DNA from: Malacoraja senta
Lineage: Eukaryota
NCBI GenBank assembly: GCA_038087875.1
Contig: CM075995.1
Coordinates: 5,334,001-5,398,000, forward strand
Reading direction: 5' to 3'
DNA: 64,000 nucleotides
Part shown: in pieces, positions 57,555 through 64,000 of the stretch
Position numbering within the stretch: position 1 is the stretch's first letter
How the letters are laid out: every line of letters starts with the position of its first letter
The notes under the pieces: model-generated
Database searches by the model: none
Told to the model about the DNA's origin: nothing
The model's input: the letters and a program-made list of their open reading frames with translations, nothing else
Program-made: the position numbers and the translations under genes

Positions 57555-58737
57555 AATCCTGCCCTGAGCTGGTTCATCTCCTACCTCAAAGGTAGGAGTT
57601 TCTCGACTAACATAGGCAACTCTTTCTGCTCCCCAGCTAATCTCTGTTGTGGGGTTCCACAAGGTTCCATCCTTGGCCCCATTCTCTTCTCCCTGTATAT
57701 GCTCCACCTTAGGCCAAGTCATTGAAAGGCACGGCATTTCCTTCCATTGCTACGCAGACGATACACAACTCTATCTCCCCCTGAAGCCCAAAAACCAATC
57801 AAATCTGCTTAACCTTACCCACTGCCTCGAGGATATAAAGTGTTGGATGGCCCAGAACTTCCTCCAACTAAACGAGAGTAAGTCTGAGGTCATCCTTCTC
57901 GGCCCCTCAGACTCAATCAAAATGATAGCAGGCAGCCTTGGAAGCCTTGCCCCACTACTCAAACCTCACGTCAAAAACCTTGGCTGTGATATTTGACTCA
58001 GCACTGAAATTTGACAAACAAGTCAATGCCGTGGTAAAAGCTAGCTTCTTTCAGCTTTAGGACGATAGCTAAAATAAAATAATTCCTCCAGTTTGATGAC
58101 CTCGATAAGATCATCCACACATTCTTCTCCTCCCGCCTAGATTACTGCAACTCCCTTTACACTGGCATCAGCCAATCTTCCCTGACCCCGCCTGCAACTG
58201 GTCCAAAACACCGCAGCGAGACTCCTGACGGGCACCCGAAAAAGGGGACCACATCACCCCTATCCTGGCCTCTCTCCACTGGCTCCGTGTGGTTCCGTTA
58301 TAAACTTCAAGATCCTCCTCCATGTCTACAAAGCCCTCAATGGGCTTGCCCCCACCTACATAAAAAGTCTTCTCACCCACCACTCCACCTCCAGGCCCCT
58401 CAGATCGGCCAACTTGGGCTGCTGAATATCCCACGGTCTAGGCATAAGCTCAGGGGCGACCGTGCCTTTGCGGTTGCAGCCCCTAGACTGTGGAACAGCA
58501 TTCCCCCTTCCCATCAGAACTGCCCCCCTCCATCGACTCTTTTAAGTCAAGACTAAAGACTTATCTATACTCCCAAGCCTTTCCTGACGTCCTCTGAGTG
58601 AGGGCTACATATATATATGTATGTAGTTTGTTTTGTTTGTGCTATTCTTATAACAAATGTAAAGCACTTTTTGGCCAACGAGAGTTGTTTTTTAAATGTG
58701 CTATAATAAATAAATGTGACTTGACTTGACTTGACTT
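57555..58737 (+). mobile_element. L2-clade LINE 3' fragment (frameshifted), inserted in a CR1 fragment
   Basis: [53 protein letters not shown] 3' motif and (GACTT)n tail. Confidence 0.9.
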
Positions 58738-59814
58738 TCACCTTAAACCTATGTCATCTGGTTCTTGATTTTCCTATCCTGGGTAAAAAAACTGTATTCC
58801 ACCCATGTATTCATCTCATGATCTTGTACACCTCCATAAGATCTATATCTTATACACCTCTATAAGATCACCCCTCAGCCTCATGCACTACAAGGAATAA
58901 ATTCCTAGCCTGCCTAACTTCTCCCTATTGCTCAGGCCCACAAGTCTTGGCAACATCCTTGTCAATGTATGGCCTACTTTCTTGTGGAACCTATTTCAAC
59001 TCATCTGCATTCCGGAAGTTAAATCTATCGTCCAAATGTCAGTAAGGTTCTCAAAATTAAACATAATTCGATGCTCAACACCCTACGGTACTTTATCCCG
59101 TTTTGTGTTATTAAAAATATCCTCCTTTAAATAGTGAGTGCCAATGACATCTTTCTGGGCACTAGGATGCTGACATTGCGATGGAAATGAATTAGCACTT
59201 GGCAAGGGACTGCGTGAGATTACTGACACATTCTGGGTGCTTGGTGGAATCCACAGAGGCAGCTTGCCTGTCCAACACTGCAGACCTCAGCATCGTGTTT
59301 ATGTCATCATTTCTCCTCACTAAAGACCATGTTTTATCACAAAGATAAATATTGGGAGACATTGAGAAAAGGATATCAGAACTCCCCAAACCACATTTCA
59401 GATGTTCTTTTAACTATAACTGGGTGATGTAAAATTGTTCATCAAATTTCATTACAAGGACAGGATGGGCTGAGTAATTACCCCGATTTATTGCTGGGCA
59501 AGCACTGCCGCAGATTCTATTTTTAATATTTGTATACAAAGTGAGGATGTTACTGGCAAAGGCAGCATTTAGTGTCGATCCCCAATGGCAGCTGATAGTG
59601 AGGCGGTGGACAGGGGTTAATCACACTGGCTGCTCTTGATTCATCGTGCAACCTACTGGCCCTTCCTGGGGAGAAGGCAGGAACGGAGGTACTGTGATTG
59701 GGGATGATCAGCCATGATCACATTGAATGGCGGTGCTGGCTCGAAGGGCCGAATGGCCCTACTCCTGCACCTATTGTCTAGTCAGGATTAGTGAGTCAAA
59801 CACGGTGGCATGAG

Positions 59815-60128
59815 GCAGCACGGCGGAGCAGAGGGAGAGTTGCTGCCACAAGCGCCAGAGACCCAGGTTTGATCCTGGACTACGGGCGCTGTCTGTACGG
59901 AGTTTGTACGTTCTCCCCGTGACCGTGGGTTTTCTCCGGGAGCTCCGGTTTCCTCCCCACTTTCCAAAGATGTACAGGTTTGTTGGTTTAAAATTAGCCT
60001 TGGTAAATTGCAAAATGCCCCTAGTGTGTGTAGGGATAGTGTTAGTTTGCGGGGTATCCCTGGTTGACGCAGACTCGGTGGGCCGAAGGGCCTGTTTCCG
60101 TGCTCTATCTCTAAACTGAACTAAACTC
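59815..60128 (+). mobile_element. V-SINE
   Basis: Head, central domain and tail. Confidence 0.85.
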
Positions 60129-61148
60129 AGGTGCTCAGACTAAGGCACCACCAAAGAATGACCACAGCTTGCCTTGGTGATTAGATGAACATTGCCAAGA
60201 GGAGTCGGTGATAGCAAGCTCCCTAGATGCATAATCCACAGCTTGAATCACAGCAGCCTGAGTGTCTTCCAAGCAGTCGCAACATGTCAAACTGTGATCT
60301 ACCCCACAGGCAAAATGATGCACTGTCAAAGGTTGACAAGAGAGGAGACACACAAGAAGGCTGGCTATGGTAAGACTTTAATTGGAGCAATAAAAGGAAA
60401 CTTTATTACATTTCCTCATTTAGAAATCTATCCCCCCCCCCCCATCCTTTGCCACCTTTGATATCTCAGACTAAAAAGGATAAGGAAGCAGTGACAGAGA
60501 TATCAAATAACATAATTTATCATCCAGACTAGCACTGTCATTTTAACAAAAAGCCAAACACTGCAAATGCTGGATTGCATTTTACTATTTACCTGCCATG
60601 TTGAATTATATTTGCTTTAGACCATGTTTTATTATTAATGTTTAATGTTTTATGTGTCATTCCTAACTGTCACTGTATGTCATGTTGTCACTTGCGTGCA
60701 GAGCACCAAGGCAAATTCCTTGTATGTGAATACTTGGCTAATAAACTTATTCATTCACATTGTTATACACAAGAGCTCCAGCAATTTCTAATTTTACTTT
60801 CATTTTATCTGTTCATTAATTCATTGCTTTCCAAACCTACAGTAGTGAAGAGTAGGACAAAATGCCTGACCTGTTATGCACGACTCTGAGAGTATGAAGC
60901 AGTTAAGTGGAACTTGTCTTGTTTCTGCATTTATAAATAATAATAAGGGAAAATACCAAACACACCAGTTATTACTTCATTTCACCTGTGGGAAGATACA
61001 CGGGTTCCTCGTTCAAAAATACTTGTGATTTTTTCATGGTGGAACCACTAATCAAGATACTAACAGATAATTGCCGGTTCCCATGTCAAGAAATTGTTAA
61101 GAAGGCGGATTAAAAATAACATTAATGGAGGGGTGGAATCACACTTAC

Positions 61149-61226
61149 CTCATGCTTGTCAGGGGCGATGAAATTCAATGAGTCATCCGGGTCATATAGG
61201 ATAGAGAAGGCAAGTTCCAACACTTC
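61149..61226 (-). CDS. ELMO1: ELMO penultimate coding exon (78 nt, phase 0/0), missed by the ORF track
   Basis: ttctccacag|[26 protein letters not shown]|gtaagt; splices in frame to 52070 across a 9078-nt intron. Confidence 0.92.
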
Positions 61227-61279
61227 CTGTGGAGAACAGAGCCACATGAATCAGTCAAACAGAAGCGGCATCCTGCTAT

Positions 61280-61555
61280 GCTAAGAATAAGGGGTAGGTC
61301 ATTTAGGACTTTTTCACCCAGACAGTTGTGAATCTGTGGAATTCTCTGCCACAGAAGGCAGTGGAGGCCAATTCACTGGATGTTTTCAAGAGAGAGTTAG
61401 ATTTAGCTCTTAGGGCTAAAGGAATCAAGGGGATACGGAGAGAAGGCAGGAACAGGGTACTGATTTTAGATGATCAGCCATGATCATATTGAAAAGCGGT
61501 GCTGGCTCGAAGGGCCGAATGGCCTACTCCTGTAGTTATTTTTCTATGTTTCTAG
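61280..61555 (+). mobile_element. CR1 3' fragment
   Basis: NLWNSLPQKAVEA..., 3' UTR and TTCTATGT tail. Confidence 0.88.
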
Positions 61556-61940
61556 GACAGGTCACATCCAAATCATGCGTACCTCACACACTTTGATTTG
61601 AGGATCACCTTCATCAATAATAACCGCATTTAAAAAAGGTCTCCAAAGTAGGAAAATGCTGCACGATGGTTCATTAGAACCTTAACTAACGCAATCTGAA
61701 GCCAATTCTCGTGAAGGAGATGAAAACAAAGGAACTGGTCAAGAACATAGCTTTAAGAAGAGTCCTAGAGTGTTTTATTGTCATAAGTTCCAGACAGAAC
61801 CATTGAATTCTTACTTGCAGCAGCACAACAGAATATGTAAACATACTACAACATACAATATAATAAACGGGAAAAAAAAAGTTATGTGCGTGTGTGTGTT
61901 GATATATACACACATATGTGTAAACATATATTATTTATAT

Positions 61941-61997
<57 letters not shown>

Positions 61998-62091
61998 GTA
62001 TCCACACAGGCATATGCATAAACATATATAAAAAAAACCAAGAATAGTGCAAAGAGACAAAACCAATTAGCCCAAGTCTATGCAGTTCAGA

Positions 62092-63183
62092 AGGTAGACA
62101 AAAATGCTGGAGAAACTCAGCGGGTGCAGCAGCATCTATGGAGCGAAGGAAATAAGCAATGTTTCGGGCCGAAACCCTTCTTCAGACTGATAGGGGGTGG
62201 GGGGTGGTGGGGGCGGGGAGAAGAAAGGAAAAAGGAGGAGGAGGAGCCCGAGGGCTGAGGGAGAGATAGGAAGGGGAGGAGACAGCAGGAGCTAACAAAA
62301 TTGGGAGAATTCAATGTTCATGCCCCCAGGATGCAGACTCCCCAAGCAGAATATGAGGTGCTGTTCCTCCAATTTCCAGTGTTGCTCGCTCTGGCCATGG
62401 AGGAGACCCAGGACAGAGAGGTCGGATACGGAATGGGAGGGGGGGTTGAAGTGCTGAGCCACCGGGAGGTCAGGTTGGTTATTACGGGACCGAGCGGAGG
62501 TGTTCGGCGAAACGATCGCCAAGCCTCCGTTTGGTCTCACCGATGTAGATCAGCTGACATCTAGAGCAGCAGATGCAATAGATGAGGTTGGAGGAGATGC
62601 AGGTGAACCTCTGTCGCACCTGGAACGACTGCTTGGGTCCTTGAATGGAGTCGAGGGGGGAGGTAAAGCGACAAGTGTAGCATCTCTTGCGGTTGCAAGG
62701 GAAAGTGCCCGGGGAGGGGGGTTGTACGGGAGGGAAGGGAAGAATTGACAAGGGGAGTTACGGAGGGAGCGGTCTTTGCGGAAGGCAGACATGGGGGGAG
62801 ATGGGAAGATGTGGCGAGTGGTGGGGTCACGTTGGAGGTGGCGAAACTGACTCCATGGCCAGAGCGAGCAACACCGGAAATTGGAGGAACAGCACCTCAT
62901 ATTCCGCTTGGGGAGTCTGCATCCTGGGGGGCATGAACATTGAATTCTCCCAATTTTGTTAGCCCCTGCTGTCTCCTCCCCTTCCTATATCTCCCTCAGC
63001 CCTCTGGCTCCTCCTCCTCCTATTTCCTTTCTTCTCCCCCCCCCCCCCTATCCGTCTGATGAAGGGTTTCGGCCCGAAACGTTGCCTATTTCCTTCGCTC
63101 CATAGATGCTGCTGCACCCGCTGAGTTTCTCCAGCATTTTTGTGTACCTTCGATTTTCCAGCATCTGCAGTTCCTTCTTAAAC
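62092..63183. mobile_element. Penelope-like retroelement (Neptune-like), truncated, with inverted 3' ends
   Basis: Minus strand 62292-62850 encodes a frameshifted Cys-rich linker and GIY-YIG endonuclease (NLIYCICCSRCQLIYIGETKRRLGDRFAEH); plus-strand copy of the 3' end 62852-63183; 15-bp TSD TCTATGCAGTTCAGA (62077-62091, 63184-63198). Confidence 0.92.
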
Positions 63184-63854
63184 TCTATGCAGTTCAGAGC
63201 TTATTTGTAGTGTTTAATAGCCTTATTGCTGTAGGGAAGAACCTGTTCCTGGATGTGACAGTTTTCAGGCTCCTACATCTTCTTCCCGATGGCAGGAGTG
63301 AAATGAATGTGGCCAGGGTGGTGTGGGAAGCAACAGAGGCAGATGGGTTTAGACTTAGAGAATTACAGAGCTTGGAGGTTAATTATCACCATCGATTAAA
63401 ATCAAACGTGAACGAGAGATCAGAACAGGTGCGGATATATCGTCTTGGAAGGGAGCAGTGGTAGCATAGTTATTAAAATAGGGAGGGGTAGGACATGGAG
63501 AAATTCAAGATCACAGATTAGAACTGTAAATAGTGGACTGCAACACATATAGACCAGTGAATACAGGGGTGATGAGCAAAATGGGCTGGTTATGATGTTT
63601 GAGGAAACTGGATATCACCTCAGGAGGCAAGGTGAAAGGCTAACATTAATGACAGTCTCCAGTTAGGATTAAGAGGTGATTAGGATTAAGATATGGATGA
63701 GAAGAGTTTTTCATGAAAGAAAAGCTGAAACAGCATGGGGGAAGATGTGAGCAGACTTAGAGGGCTATCAGGAAGGGAATCAAATGCCAGCCTTACTAAA
63801 GGTTTGGACAGACACTCCCCGACATACTCACTCTTACATAAACAATTCCTAGTG

Positions 63855-64000
63855 TTTAGTTTAGTTAGTTTAGAGATACAGCGCAGAAACAGGCTCTTTG
63901 GCCCATTGACTCTGCGCCGACCAGCAATCCCTGCACGCTAATACTATCCTACACACACTGGGGACAATTTACAATTAATCCAAGCCAATTAACCTTTAAA
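63855..64000 (-). mobile_element. V-SINE 3' end running off the window
   Basis: (TTTAG)n tail and CR1-like 3' segment. Confidence 0.8.

Overview
Vertebrate genomic DNA, most likely from a cartilaginous fish (inferred from HE1/V-SINE-type SINEs and abundant CR1 LINEs), and mostly transposon-derived. The only host gene I can support is the 3' end of ELMO1 on the minus strand: a 78-nt penultimate exon (61149-61226), the last coding exon (51870-52070) and a ~1.1-kb 3' UTR. The rest is nested repeats: two apparently intact full-length CR1 LINEs (21008-25465 +; 39039-44060 -), many CR1 fragments, decayed L1, L2, Rex/Babar, RTE and Penelope-like elements, non-autonomous Helitrons, Harbinger-type and other TIR elements, V-SINEs and simple repeats. 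Main finding: three divergent CR1 subfamilies all end ORF1 with the slippery heptamer T_TTA_AAC immediately followed by the stop codon and a G-rich tract. In all three the -1 frame runs without a stop into the ORF2 endonuclease domain, and in one there is no in-frame ATG before that domain. This suggests programmed -1 ribosomal frameshifting that makes an ORF1-ORF2 fusion; it is an untested inference. Other candidates: an intron plus tandem arrays in a CR1 5' UTR, head-to-head CR1 insertions, fold-back hairpins at CR1 junctions, hammerhead-core motifs in Penelope-derived palindromes, and local inverted duplications. All calls were made by eye with no database search; boundaries of degenerate repeats are approximate.
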